From: Raillietiella orientalis
Lineage: Eukaryota
NCBI GenBank assembly: GCA_036172245.1
Contig: JAYWIR010000063.1
Coordinates: 434,001 to 498,000, forward strand
Direction: 5' to 3'
Length of the DNA stretch: 64,000 bases
The translations under genes and the position numbers were made by a program. Each line of letters begins with the position of its first letter. The stretch's first letter is position 1. A model generated the notes under the pieces. It was not told the origin of the DNA. It ran no database searches and saw nothing but the letters and a program-made list of their open reading frames with translations. Shown here piece after piece: positions 1-14,190 of the stretch.

Positions 1-611
1 TAGGTTTGATCTGATGCATCAACGAGGCCGGTTTTGGTGGATCTGGAAATTGAACAAACAAATAATGGATATTTGAAATGAAGACTGCTTCAAGTTTTCA
101 TATGTCACAAATTCCTAAATTAGAATAGGTTCTCACAAAACCATTAACTGCATTTAAAAAACCACTCAAGGAAATGAATATTGGGAGACTCAAGTTTTAT
201 GTAACCTGAACACAATTAATGCTTTGTGAATACAGAGTTAACAATACCCATGCAACAAAATTTTACCTGATATTAAAAAAAAAAAAAAACTACGAATAAA
301 CACACGAAACTGTATAATAAACACACTGCTGCCTTACATTACAATAAATATGCAAACATTCAGACATAATTTCGAACTCTTTTGGCTGAGACGTGCCCCT
401 AGTACTAAGGAAACGTAAATCTAAGTAAAGTCGAAACAGCGGACACAAATGTAACACTTTTCGATTCTTACTTGCTTTTTTGTGCGTATTCCTTCAATTT
501 TTGAAGAAACAGACCTTGAATCGGGTCCTGTGGCACTTTACTTGCTGCATACCGTCTCGTAAAGACCCGACATGGAAGGAGATGGAACACCTCCCTGTGT
601 AAGGCAGCCAT
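1..611 (-). CDS. ATP5PF: Mitochondrial ATP synthase coupling factor 6 (first two exons; continues beyond window start)
   Basis: Exon 611-472 encodes MAALHREVFHLLPCRVFTRRYAASKVPQDPIQGLFLQKLKEYAQKSK and ends at a GTAAG donor. Exon 42-1 follows a TTTCCAG acceptor and continues in frame as STKTGLVDASDQT. DPIQxLFxxKxxEY..GxVDA is the F6 signature, preceded by an Arg-containing presequence. Confidence 0.9.
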
Positions 612-1340
612 CGCGACAGCGGTCGAATGGAGGAGCTCCCGGGCAGGGGCGGCGAAACTCGAAATTACACAAAGGCTTCAGATTCATACTTAATGGCTTT
701 CAATTATATAGTTTTGCAGATATATCGAATTAACATTTCACATTATAAAAAAAAACATTCTTCCACAGTCCACGGCGGCCGCCGGGTGTCGATCCCGATT
801 TCGGTGGAGACTTTTTAGATCCATCTTCACAGAAATTCGCAAATTCCCATTCGTCTTTCTGCCGAGTCCGAATCTGCGAATGTCTTAAAAAGGGTTTTAA
901 GAATGCTTTCACGGTAAAAGAATAAATAAATAAAAAGAGAGAAAAATTTGCTTGTTGCAGGCAAGAGTCTGTCTCCTGGACTATTCTGCTATTCTGTTTG
1001 GGTTTGGCATCCCAATACCGACTTACATCCCAATTTCCATGAAATGGACGCTGGCGGTGCCATCCTGGCTAACCACCGAAATGCATGAACACTGTTTTAT
1101 AAACATTTTTGGACAGTGCACACACCTGGAATTTCTCATTCTTCGTCTCATCTTGTGACAGAGCTGTGTTTCCTTTCCTAGTTCATTACTCCCAACTCTG
1201 AACTGCGAGAACTGGGGGGAAAGATGCTCCATTGGAAGTTTGCAACTGGTTTCATCCATGAAAAAATACTTTTTACATATGTTGCGAATGTATAACAAAC
1301 TTTATCAAATCTAGCTGGTTATTAGGTGTACTCATATAAT

Positions 1341-1394
1341 ACACACACACACGCACACACGCGCGCACACACATATATATAGATATACATATAC
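1341..1394. repeat. Compound (CA)n/(CG)n/(TA)n microsatellite
   Basis: acacacacacacgcacacacgcgcgcacacacatatatatagatatacatatac. Confidence 0.85.
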
Positions 1395-4300
1395 AACCGA
1401 AAATTGAGTATCGTCATATATCCTTGATGGATAATCATGTTTACATAGACATATTTTCCTCTAGTAATTGTTTTTGTCTTTTCTTGTAAGATGCAACATG
1501 CTATGAACCTTAAAATATCGTGACTACTGAGCCTTTTCAGACTTATTTCACCAGCATAAAAGTATCAGCATTCAGCTAGAACATTGTTAAACTGAAACTG
1601 ATTCTCTCCTCAATGCAGAGGGAAACATTATTGGTATCCAATTTTGATTTACCATGAGTGACTTTGTTTTTTTTAAATCTGAGTTTCAGACGACTATTAG
1701 AAATCTAACAAATGTGTTCGCATAAACTCAGAAAATGAGGTGATTAATGCTTGTCTCATCTGCCACTGTCCACTTCTCATCACAATCGGAAGTCCCAAAT
1801 ACTGTCATTTACCGGTCTAGTCACTTTGTTTGAAGATACGGGCGGAGCTGCAACCACACAGAGCTGCAGTCTTAGGGTACCACCGAAAGCATCTTACATA
1901 TTGAAGTAGCCAAAGCGAGTAACTTGTCAGCCTCCACGGCTACAGCTCCCGTAAGCAAAACTCGTCCTAGTTTGCTTATTAATTTTGGTGATCACAGGAT
2001 ACCAGATTCCATGCAAAGCAGTATGCGTACGTTGAGAGAAAGCAAAAGCTTTGTTATTAAGTATTCGTAAAAAGGCAGCTTGCTTGTATTAGGAAAATTC
2101 TAATAGCAACATGCCAGCGTGTTTGGAGCAACATGAATGTTCCTAGAGTTTTGTTGAATGGAAACTCAGCAAAATTCTAGCAACATAGAGGCTTTAGTCA
2201 GCAGTTTTAAAAGTGTCTTATATAGACAGAATCAATTCTCAAAGTAATGAAATATAGACAATGTTTAACGTGGATATTGCAGTCTTGGTAGTTCTAAAAT
2301 TGAGTTTCCTTTATGAATTCTCAGTGAGATTCGAGTTCCTCCAAGTAATCATGAAACAAAATTCAGTTCATGTTTCCTGAAAGTGGAGTCATAAGCTAAG
2401 CCAGAGAGGAAAGATGAAGTGACATAGGTAACAAATCAATACATGCATGCAATACATACATACAATACACGCACATTTGCTACTCTTGGAACTATGCCCA
2501 TCAACTTTCCGATGTTTCTTTGCAATGATCATCTGATTTCCGGAATGGACGGACCACATATCGGTAATTCCAAACAGGTAGTCTTAATTTGTGGCCAAAG
2601 TCATGTCTGAATATGCGTTTCTTCGATCTGAATATCATGATCTCTTTTGCCACTTTTTAAAAGTACTTTATCAGCAAGCATCATTTTCCATCCTTTCCGA
2701 ACATCATATGTTATATTGAAATAGTGATTTCAGAATTAAACCTCCTTTTTTTTTCCTACAGTGACCCCAAAGTAAAGTTTAGAAAGTCATAAACATTTAT
2801 TTAAGGACAGGTTAAAAATAACTGAAAAGTAGCTAAACTGTGATGCAACTTCGCAATCATAGGGTGATTGTCCTTTCATAATAAGAAAGCATCATCAAGA
2901 AGTGAATATTGGCAATGGACTTTTCAGTAAACTAGTGCTATAGAACGAACGGGCTGATTTTTGTTTTTGATGTGAACCGTGAGCTCCAGGCGTGAAGACG
3001 AATTCGAATAAGTCTGAAAATTTTTATGAATAGAAATTCTAAAACAATACATGCAATGATCTTTCAGCATCTTCTACTATGAGATCAAATGCTTTCGTGC
3101 ACGCTTTCCAGTTCACATCTTGTTCTCATTAAAGAGATGCGACTGGCGGAAATTAGATCTGCTCAAATAATCAAGAATTACTGATTTCATTCATACCAAT
3201 CCCAATTGATTTGATTCTTGATATCATTTTGGATCAGATAGATTGTTACGATACTTCCATTTGGTCTGGGGTTCCTGACGTTCATTTCCATCAAATTTAC
3301 TGAAACCTGAGTGCGTTTTTTTTTGTTTAATATTAAAGAATTCAGCAAATTTCATGTCAGGGAATCATCGATTATTTTGAATAAATAGGGGCAAAGGTTT
3401 ATATTAAGAAATGGCGGCCGCATAGCTACGCAAGATTCAGGAGATTGGCCTTGAATCTGAGGAGTGGTTTCAAAAAATGCCGTATCATTCTGGAAAATCA
3501 AGTTTTATTTGTATATGCACATCAAAAGTTCATGCTAAACCCATAATTTGTCCTTAATGAGTGCTTGAAAAAAACTACAAAACATAATATGATGCTTGGA
3601 CTGACTACAGTTTTTTTTCTTTTTTTACCAGCCACATGGTATGCAATGCCAAATGGATGCGGATATTAATTGTCTCAATTAGGCAGCGCACGCGGAACGA
3701 GATACAGGCGCGTAATTCATGAATGCGGAATTGCCACCTTTATAATTGTGCTACGAAATAGGGTGCGTAGAATACGGATATACGTTACATATGTATAGAG
3801 ATATAGAAATACATGAGTGTGTGCGTGCTGTGCGTATATACGTGTAATGTGTACATGCAAACCTAAACGTGTTCACATATATAACTACACGTATATACAT
3901 ATAAATACTCCAAAGCACTCAGGTATATTCATATTTATCTCCAACTGTACGTGTATAAAGAGTTTCCCAAATATTGAGAAAATGCTTGCAATTTCACGAA
4001 TCAAACATTGAAAATGAATGCACTCTTTTCAGTTTTCATAATGTGATTCGGTATGTATCGCGTCATATCTGAATTTTAAATCTTGGTTTGATTCCTTTGG
4101 GACGGCAAAAATTTTTTTCTAGCTGCTTTGCAAATGTGTTCGCATGCGAGACCAGGTTCTGGATGGTTGCATTCGAATGGTTTTTGTCGAAACCATTTGG
4201 AAGCTTGAAGGATTGTGAGATTTCCCTCATCTTCCAATACAGCTTATCCGTTTATGTCACAATCGCTTTTTTTTTTTCGGACTGATGCAATCTTTCGAAG

Positions 4301-4399
4301 TGTTCGTTTCGTTAATTGAAAGCTGGTAGGTATTAATGTAGGAAAAACATCCAATGCGCCTTGCTTTTTTTTTTGGTTTCGAAAGTCTGCTATTGGAAA

Positions 4400-4750
4400 G
4401 GCAAGATCCGTTGCCCGAGGGTGGAGGCATTTGAGGGAGCCTTTTGCTGGGCGCCTTTCGGGAAGGCTGTCGGACAGATTGGGACTCGGGAAAGGGAGGC
4501 GTGCGGCCGGCCACCCCCAGTCTGGTGAAAAGGAAAGAGCCAGAAGGAAAGTCCTCCTCCTCCGCGCGCCCGGGAACAATGACAAGTGCGCGCGCGTCCG
4601 CCGCCTACTGCGTACTCCCTGCGCAGCTGTTGCCCTGTGAATCAGCTGTTCGGTCGAAGGACACTTCCTGCTGCCAGGCGACATAGGCAGCTGTGCGCTG
4701 GACGGGCAGGGGAACATCGATTTTCAGAAGGAAAGTGGAGAGTAGCTTTT
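4400..4750. promoter_or_regulatory. GC/CpG-rich island, probable promoter of SCCPDH
   Basis: Sharp GC-rich patch in AT-rich DNA 400-750 bp upstream of the SCCPDH ATG. The overlapping short ORFs show no recognisable protein. A similar island lies upstream of sti-1. Confidence 0.45.
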
Positions 4751-5157
4751 GCGAGCAAATTCAAATGTGAAAGGTGTTCCTCTCCTTGCTGAGGAAACCA
4801 CGCGGTGTACAGTTTGCATTTCGGTTGTGCAAAAACGGGTTCTCGTTTCATGTTTAATCGGCAGTATGTTGAGCGGAATTGAACGCCCATGTTCGTGGCC
4901 AGGGCATTTTTCAGCCATATTTTTGAATACGGAAATTGTACTGTGGACGGTGTTTGCGATTAATAAATTCCATTAATCCATAGTGCTTGAAGTCCGTCGA
5001 TTGATCTGGATGGCATGCATGAAACCTTATCTGTAAGACATAATCGGTTGCAAAAAAAAAAAAATTTGCAAAGAGATGATGTATTGATAAAAAGTCCAAG
5101 GTCTTTGTGTTTTTAAAATATAGGTATTCCAGAGTAGCCTTTAGACTTTTAGGAAAT

Positions 5158-8100
5158 ATGAAAGAATTTGATGTTGTAATTTTTGGAGCTACTGGTTTCA
5201 CTGGAGAGTATGTAATCCAAGAGCTTGCAACAGTAAACACTCAAAACATTAAATGGGCAGTATCTGGAAGAAGTAAAGAAAAACTAAGTGATTCATTAAA
5301 AAAAGTATCTAATTGGCTTGGTAAGAATGCAAGTTGTAATGGCATTAAGTTAATTTTATCGAGCACTTATAATTCCAAATTAGCAAAAAAAAAAAATTGC
5401 AATAATTAGTGTCATTGTTTAACTTATTTGCTGACTTAGAAGGAATCAAAGAAATCTCCCCCCCCCCCAAAAAAAAAAAAAAAACTTCATCAAATGTTAT
5501 TCTTTGCCGATTTCGTAACGCATTATTTATCGAAAAATGTTTTCGAAAAAAAAAAAAAATACACAATTGTAAACAACACTGTTATGAAAGTATGTTTCAT
5601 TCAGTATGATGGGATGCTTATCAGTGCATTGGAGGCGTTTCCAGTCATTTTCGTTAAAAAAATTAGCTTGTGAAATGTAGAAATCGTTTCGAGACTTTAG
5701 CAGGTGTAGTTTTTGTAATAAAGTAAACTGTTATGCATACAGCCAATCACTGTGTTAGTTAATTGTGAAGTATGAATGGGGATAGGAACCATGGCATAGA
5801 TTATTGAATTCCATGGGTATTTCAGCTTCTCAGAATCAAGTGAAGTTTCATAATTGAATGATAATATTCTGAAAATAAATGTTGCAACTTCACAGGATTA
5901 TTATGTTGTATTTGTTTTTGAAGTCTACTGGAATCTTAAATTGAATGGATTATGATACAAGTTTTTTAATCTATTTGGAGGTAATTCTGAACAAGAGGAG
6001 TCATTTTAATTGTATGCATCTAATTGAAATCATATGTTCCTATATGTATATTGGTTTGCTTTTGGAATAAACTGCATGTTGTGTGCTGTTTCTTTAATCT
6101 ACAACTGTTAACAAGTACACGTTAGCAAACTTTTTATATTCGTAAAATTTATTGTGTTCAGTTTATGAATCATTAAATCATGACAGTTCTACTTTGCAAG
6201 CAACTTAAGCCAGAAAAAATTTTCGATTTTGTTTTTTCTCTTAGTGGACAAGCAATATGTAACATTTGCCAGTCTTATTGTTTAGCATATTATGTGTCTA
6301 TACTTGTCAAGTGATAGAGCCACTTTGAACACTTTTAAAATAATTATGTTTTTTTTGTATGAGGAAAAACGTCATGCATTTTGATACAATTTTAATGTTT
6401 TGAACAGGATCATGAAATTGTAATAGGACATGAATTTCTCATGGATCCTTACACTGATTATGTAGAATAGGTGATTTGTTAAGCAGTATATGTTAAAGGT
6501 GAAAATATATCAAATAATTGGTGGGAGGCATGATTCAAAAAAAGAAAAATTGATACAAATGCATTGATTTTTTGAAACAATGAGGGAATGGATTTCTGGG
6601 AACAGAGGGAACTAGCAGTTTCAGAAGAATGATTTTAACATTAGTTTGTTTTGACTGTAAGTCAAATCAAGTCATGCATACTTGTGTGAGTAATGGAATT
6701 TTGTGCATGCACAAAACTGATGTGATATTGCTCCATGGTGTGATGAATTATATGATGTGATGAAGCTCATCTTTATATTATATTATCATAAAGCAAGTTT
6801 TTCCCTTTCTCCCCTAATATTTGTTTAAAATATGTGGTACACATTCATGTAACTTTGTGACATTAATTTGAAGGCTAGATGCTGAGTTAATGACACATGG
6901 TTTGATGTTAGTGTTGCATACTTGTTCATGTTATGTGATTTGTGTTAGAGTTCAGATTTGTAACTAACTGAAAGAATTGACTTGTAAGCAATTTTTCACT
7001 AGAACAAGACTTGAGTACTGTTCCTATTATCATTGCTGATGTTAAAGATGCTGAATCTCTTAGAGCCATGTGTCAGCAAGCAAAAGTGTTGATCAATTGT
7101 GTGGGACCTGTAAGTGTTTGTTTTATAAAGTATTGATTAAAATGGACTATTTTGTAGTACATGTCATACGGAGAACCTGTTGTACAGGCATGCATCGAAT
7201 CGTCTACAAGTTATGTTGATATCAGTGGAGAACCAAGGGTATTTTTCATTTTAGTCTAACTTTCCTTCGGAGTAAATATTTGTTTCCGCTATTTTTTTTC
7301 CCGTTTTCTTAAAGTCGCTGCGTACTATTAATTTAGAAATTAACCAATGAGTGCCTTGATTCATATCTAGTAAGTAATTCAAAAATTGATTTTTAGTTTT
7401 GTCCTGATATTTTGGTGATTTCATGATTTAATACATCTAGCCCTTTGTTTTGATTCTGAAACAAATGAATTTATTTTGGTTAATTATTGAATTTAATTGA
7501 TTAAATCCATCAAAGCAGAATTTTGCTTGTTAAGGTGGGAAGAGGTTCTAATACCACTGCAAAACATGAAATACATGGGCAGTATTACAAAATTGCATGA
7601 TTTTTTTTGTTTTTGTTTAATTGGCCTCTCGTTATTCAGTTTTGCATTCACTTTTAAAATCAATACATTAATGTATTGATTAGCAATACATTAGCGTAAT
7701 GAGTATACTGCCAGGTTTTATAGTTTCATATCCTTATTAAAACCCTGGATAAGTGGATAGTTAAAGTAATCTTCCAAGCAATGTGTGGCTCCATATAAAA
7801 TATATATACTAAAAATTATATACTTGGCATGTTTCTCTTAAATCAGTTTATTTATTAGATGTGGGTTCTCAAGTACAGAAAACAGGTTTAGCATTCCTAA
7901 ATAAAACTGTTCCGACAACACAGAAGAAGGAATCCTTTCTTTTAAACAGAGTTTTATTTGTAAATCATAATGGAAGAAATTTTTTTTTTTATAATTTCTT
8001 CTAGGTCATGGTTTCAAATTTGTGTTCCAATACCATGATGCAGCAGATTTACTAATGTCATAATCAAATATCATACATCTCATTTTGCCTTTTGTGTTTC

Positions 8101-11100
8101 TTTACTGAATCTTATTGGTTTTATATAGAGCCATGTTTTGTTATCTGTTGGCCAAAGGTTGATCTATTTTCCCGTTTTTCCGGAGTTCGTCTTCTACAGA
8201 CAGTACTTAAGAATGGAATGAACACATGAAACACGTGCACGATGACCATTTATCTTTCAAATTCGTTATCTTTGTGCAATTGTTAGTCCTGCCCCAAAAG
8301 TCCAGTCCTGCCACCAGTTTTTATCTACACCAAAAGTCACCAGTTTAACTATTGAGCAGATATGCTTTGTAGATCACAATTTAATATTCTTTAGCAACAG
8401 CTCCATTTTTCTTTGAAGATTAAGTTACTCTACGCCCATTGAATAAAGATCAATATTTCATTTCCTTCCTCGACAATCTTCTTCAAAACTTAGTCTTAAG
8501 CTGTAGATTTTTTGTTTTCTTCCCATTTATCTGTATTCTGTTCTGATTATTTTAATGTTTCTTTCCAATTGCAACTGGTATTTTAAAAATATTGAAGTCA
8601 TGCTTTTTCATCCTGCATTGACTTTGGAAGTGCTCAAAGTTTTTGGCTCAAAGTATCATTAGTTTCTTAACACAGCAAAAGTTCTTGTTTTGACTATTGG
8701 TTGTTAAAAGAGTATTTTCTGCTTTACGTAATCATTATTGTATATTAATTACACAGTCGAGTGCACATTTTGTCTCAGTTCTCTCATTCAGCTTCAGTAT
8801 TCATACAATTTTAAATTCATTTGTGTGAAACAGAACTTTGTTTTTAATTTTAGCGACAAAGTTATTGAACTTTGACATTTGGGTGCTAATGATGCAGTTT
8901 TTTGCATCATTTAAATGAGTGTTTGACCATTTTGCATGATGTAATAGAAGCATTTACCAGTATTATCCTTTATTTTGGAAAATTGTGATGATTTCAGGTT
9001 TGATCATGGTGCAGTTACCTAAGATGCGAAGTAATTAATTCTGTCAAAAGCATGATTTGGGTTTCAGTATTCTCCCTTGTTTGTATAAATACCCTAGGAA
9101 TTTTTTTTAAAATTTTGGCACTTTTGTTTTATGTGTTGCCTTGCAAGAGTTCATCAATTTTTATTTTGTTACAATTCATGCATTTGTTTTTATTTTTGTT
9201 TGGAGTCTAATGTTTTGTTGGCATGTTGTGTTGTGGATTCATTAATAACCGTTGGTGAGCTGCGTTTGTATATTATTACTCACCGAACATTGATATACAT
9301 TTTTGATGTATATGTTTTTAATGTGAAAAAGGTTGGGCCTTTTTTTTTTTCTTGAGTTTGCTAATAACTGAAGAATGAGCAGGCTATATTAATTATCAGC
9401 AAATGGTATTTGCATACTTTAATGCTTTGTTTAGTACTAAGTATTCAGTAAATATCGGTAATTTGATTTATTACATGTTTGTGTGTTCTTACTCTGTGAA
9501 CTTAGAAAGTCCAAATACAGTAAAGCACACAGATCATGTTTGATTCTGTTTCTTGTCTCTATGTTTTACTCCCAGTTCTCATATGCAGTTTCAACCATCT
9601 GGAAACATTTGTGCACATGTTTACATTAGGACACTATAAAGAAAAAAATGCATATAATTGAGTTTTCTTTCCATTATTTAGTTTGTATTTCAAGTGATTT
9701 CTGAAGTAAGAATTTATATGTTAAAAATAGGCAAAACATTTTTTCATACAGGTTCTTGCACATATGAAATTTATATCAGTAAGAAATTGCATTTTGGAAG
9801 TTCTTTCATAAATATTTACTGATTCAAACTGTGTTTTAGTTTTTGGAATCAATGCAACTTACATATAATGAAAATGCCAAAGAGAAGGAAGTATACATCA
9901 TTAGTGCATGTGGATTCGATAGTATTCCTTGTGATTTGGGATGTACATTCTTACAACAGAATTTTAAAGGTGATTAAAATAATGTTCACTCTATCATAAA
10001 ATTTGCATATTAATTTTTCTGGATAAATTTTGTTTTGTCATAAGTAATCACTTTTATTTTGAGGCAGTTGAAAAATAGTAGCAGTTATGTTTCAGTTAGC
10101 ATTCGTTCATCACATCCAGCATTAGGAACTTATTGAATGGTTGCTTAAAACTTTAAATAAAATGTATTTAACTTTTAATGCTGATCTATATGTATAGTTG
10201 GCATTGTAAGTCATGATTGTAAAATACAAGCAAAATACCTCAGTACCTATTATTGCCTCTGGTCCTCAGTTTATCGTATGTCGCTATAATAGAGCTGTGT
10301 TTTCTGTTTGTTCTTTGAATTTGGTACATGGTCAGCTTTGTTACATTTCGAGTTTCATGTGAATTGGGTGGGTGTTCATGTTTGTTTTGAATATTGCATA
10401 GGTTCATCTTTGGAATCAATGTGAGGAGAAGCTCGCAGAAAATCCATCCTCAGCTTAGTTATTATGGTGCTTTACTATGAGTGTTTCATTGTGAGTTTGT
10501 GAAAGCGACGTTATTTGCTTTTACTGCATTGTATTCGAAAAGTGGCATTTAAATTTTTGCTCTGCAGGTGTAGAATGGGATATTCTATGGTCTGAAAGTT
10601 ATTTGAACAGCTTTACTCTGAGAAAGGCCGGTTGCAAAAAGGTTTATTTTCTATATACGTGAATTTTGATTTAATGTTTATGTATTGTGCGTAAATATAA
10701 AATTTGAGGATACTTATGCTGAAGCTTTGTTTTCATAAACATTTTGCATGTCAAGGTGACGTAAATGCTGTGGAATCCTATCTGGAGCTTGGAGGAGACA
10801 AAAGACATGTAAGAAATAGTGTAACGACTATCTGTTTTTAAATTGTTTTGAAGGGGAGTGTCATACATACTGGAACCTGGGAATCAGCCATTGGTGGTAT
10901 TGCAGATGCTGATAAACTAAAAGCAATAAGAAAACAGTTATTTACTGTTCCCCTCCCAAGTTCTCCTTATAAAATTAAAACTAGGTAAAATTTTTCAAGC
11001 TGAAAAGATTTGAAATTCAGATAAGAGTTAAAATCTCTAGTTTTAAGATGAAATTTCGGTGTTTCTTTGTTATGCCTCTTAGAATAAATGGTTAAGATAA

Positions 11101-12348
11101 TAGCCATAGAGTAGTTCTGAAATGTGTTAAGCAGTGTTCATAATGAGAAAATGAAAGTGCACCAACAAGAAAAAAAATAACGCAGGTGCACTGATATTTC
11201 ACTCATTTACTCATGCATGTTTGTAAAAATCGGAACCAATAGATGAATATTTCTTTCACATGTTATCAAAGATTTTTTTTTTGTTTCCAATAAAGATCAT
11301 TCTGATATTTTAGCATTCTTACAGGATTTTACTGCTATGTATTGTTTTTGAGGAACTTTTCCATGAACCACATTTGATGTGCAAAATTATACTTTGATTT
11401 TCATTATTTATTTGGAAATTCTTTTTCTTTGGAATAAAAAACGTATCGCTTTATCTATTACCGTACTTTGGAATTCCTGTTGGTTGAAAACTAAATGCAG
11501 ATAACAAATGCAGTGTTTGACAGAACTGAATCTTGACCAAAATTATCTTGAGCATTTTTCTGAAGGTCAGCACTTCATTACAATCAGTGCGTGAACAAAT
11601 GGTGCTTACCCTTTCCGGGTTCAGATCGCTCAGTAGTTAAGCGCACCCAGTACTTGTGTTATGTCCATGACAAACGGAGACCCATCCAGATCAACACTTA
11701 CCTGACATTGCCTTCACTGTGGAGTGCCCTTCTTGTTGCGTTTGCAGCAATAATCTTTGGAATAATGGCGAAGTTCAGATACACACGGTATTTACTCAAA
11801 AAAGTAAGTACTGTGTGCTGTGTTCTGTGTTGGAGACAAACCATTGTTCATTCTTAGTTCCCATCATTCTTTTCATTTGGTCGAGTATCAAAGGAAGGAC
11901 CAAATCATGATGAAGTAATTGTTTTCCTTTAATTTCCATATGATGTTCTCATGACATTTTAAAGCTCAGTAAAGCGTATTTTAAGTTGAAGCTATATGGC
12001 GAAGGCTGGACTGAAAGCCTGAGTTCTCCTGAAGAGCAACATGCTGTACCCCCTAATAAGAAATTGGTTGTAGAGGTGTCTGGTGGTGAGCCTGGATACA
12101 TTGCCACTTCATCCATGTTAGTCGGATCAGCTCTTATGCTTCTTAATGAAAAAGACAAGATACCACAAAGGTAAGAAATCAGCTTTGCGGTCTTTTGGTA
12201 ATTTTATTTTAGTGGTGGTGTATTGACACCAGGATATGCATTTGCAAATACATCTTTGCGCCCTTATCTGGCTGGTAGAGGCATTAAATTTGAGGTAAAA
12301 AGTGAAATTGTGGTAGATACTGCAGACAAAGAGGAAGTGAATAATTAG
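5158..12348 (+). CDS. SCCPDH: Saccharopine dehydrogenase-like oxidoreductase, 10 exons, ~433 aa
   Basis: Exons 5158-5320, 7003-7109, 7158-7238, 9840-9969, 10756-10808, 10854-10984, 11566-11803, 11858-11914, 11965-12170 and 12213-12348 splice GT-AG in frame. Motifs: FGATGFTG, NCVGPY, YVDISGE, SACGFDSIPCD, TGTWESA, PFPGSDRSVV, EPGYIAT, GGVLTPG. Confidence 0.95.
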
Positions 12349-14190
12349 GAAATTATTCATTCACCTTGATTCTTCATGGAGAATTTGAGTGTTCAGATTG
12401 AGCTTTTCAATAACATGTAGCTTTTGGAAATAACTGTTATAACTTATTCATCATGCTTTGCAAACACGTGATTTTTGAATAAGATCTTAAATCTTCATAT
12501 GCATACAGATGCAGTCAGATGTTGAATTCACACCCGAAGGCAAGTCTACACATAACATTTCCACTTGAAATACAGACTCTTTATAATGCGGCAGCATTAT
12601 GTTCATGGATGTTTATGCTGATATATCATCTACCTTTTAACATTCGAGTGCTAGTTAATTGCTCAAGGAGGAGTCTCAAATAGGTAGCAAGTCAGGCAGA
12701 TGCTTAAAATCTTTAGGCATTGCTGACTTGTTTATTAACTGTTTTGCTAGAGATAGAATTCCATTTTACGAATTCATTCAATTTATTCATTCAACTTTCA
12801 AAAAGTAAGTAGACTTCAGATGCAATAAAGGAAACTAGTTGGCAAAATTATTATAATTCAACATCTTGGTAAACTTGTATCTAAAATTGGTGGAAACATT
12901 GAATAGCCAAAGGTGAATGCTAATGTAATGGATTGGCATAAACTTGTTCAATACTTAGAATTCAGGCAGTTTGTTGTAATGCTGTACTTATATCCACTTA
13001 CTGTCATGTGTTGCTGTAAAGCTACACCACAAAGTGCAAGCATTTGTATGGACGAAATTACAGGGATCAAGCCAAGTGTGAATCTGTTGTGGTAACCACG
13101 ACATGGGTTTTTAGCATAATAAAAAAATCAGTCACACATAGTCACTTAATGTTGGAAACTGCTTTCTACTCAATTCATTAGCTACTCAGTAAATGGTCCA
13201 TGCTCAAAGTATGACAATTGCATTGCAACATGAACAAGGACCTTCAGCATGATTATTCTCCATAGATGCATATCATGTTAGGCAGAAATAGTTCCTTGAA
13301 ACTGGAGACAGAACATTAGCAGATGCACTTACTCCCAATGTATGTTGGTTGGCAAATCACGATTCATCCTTTTTGAATTCCTGCAACCTGTGGGTTGTTC
13401 ATTCTGTTGAACTGATACAATTCATTTTTTCAAAATACTGTATTCCGATGACTATTAGTCTGTCATTTCATCCAAATCATCAAGCTCAACCATGCTTGGT
13501 ATGCTGATTTTGGTCAGCCATACAATAGCAAATTAGGATCGCTTCCGAAATTCAGCAAAATTCCATACATATTCCTGTGAGTGCCAATTAAACTACGTAG
13601 GAATGCATTAAATTGAATACAACTTCCACTTTTCATGAACATTTTGCAATAACATTCCCTGCATACATATGCATGCATGTACAACTCTGAACACTTGTTA
13701 GAAAACTGTAGAAAATGCCATATTCCTGTTTCCATACAATTGTCCTACACCCTGCAGATGAGGAAACGTAATCCCAGGGAACTACAAAAAAAAACTCACT
13801 TTGACATGACAAACCTAATTTCAACTTTCAAACTGTTGCACATGCCTTTCCAGAATCAAGGTTCATGATCCTGAACACATTTCGAATTAACAACTATTTT
13901 TAATTGCAAGATGTTAATGAACACATCATTTATAACTAACATGACAATCATCTCATCGTGTGTTTAGTAGCTCCTTTTATGCACCTATACTGCAAAAAAC
14001 TGAGAAAGGTTCGCAACATCATTAGTAACATGCCCCCAAGTATGGAACAGCGTAAATGAAGCAAATATTTTTAACATCATTGCTTTACTGATTTGTATTT
14101 GCAGCTATTAGTGTCTTAAATCGATATCATTGAAGAAACGCTTCTCCCACAAGGGAACGAACATGTGTTACTTCTGTAACAAAAATAACC

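Noticed and set aside
730..1298. Minus-strand ORFs upstream of ATP5PF, with a GTAAGT donor near 1026
   Set aside because: No recognisable protein and no consistent splice model.
4400..4750. Possible RNase P/MRP-type RNA (GGAAAGTCC word, several hairpins)
   Set aside because: No matching 3' P4 half found; position fits a promoter island better.
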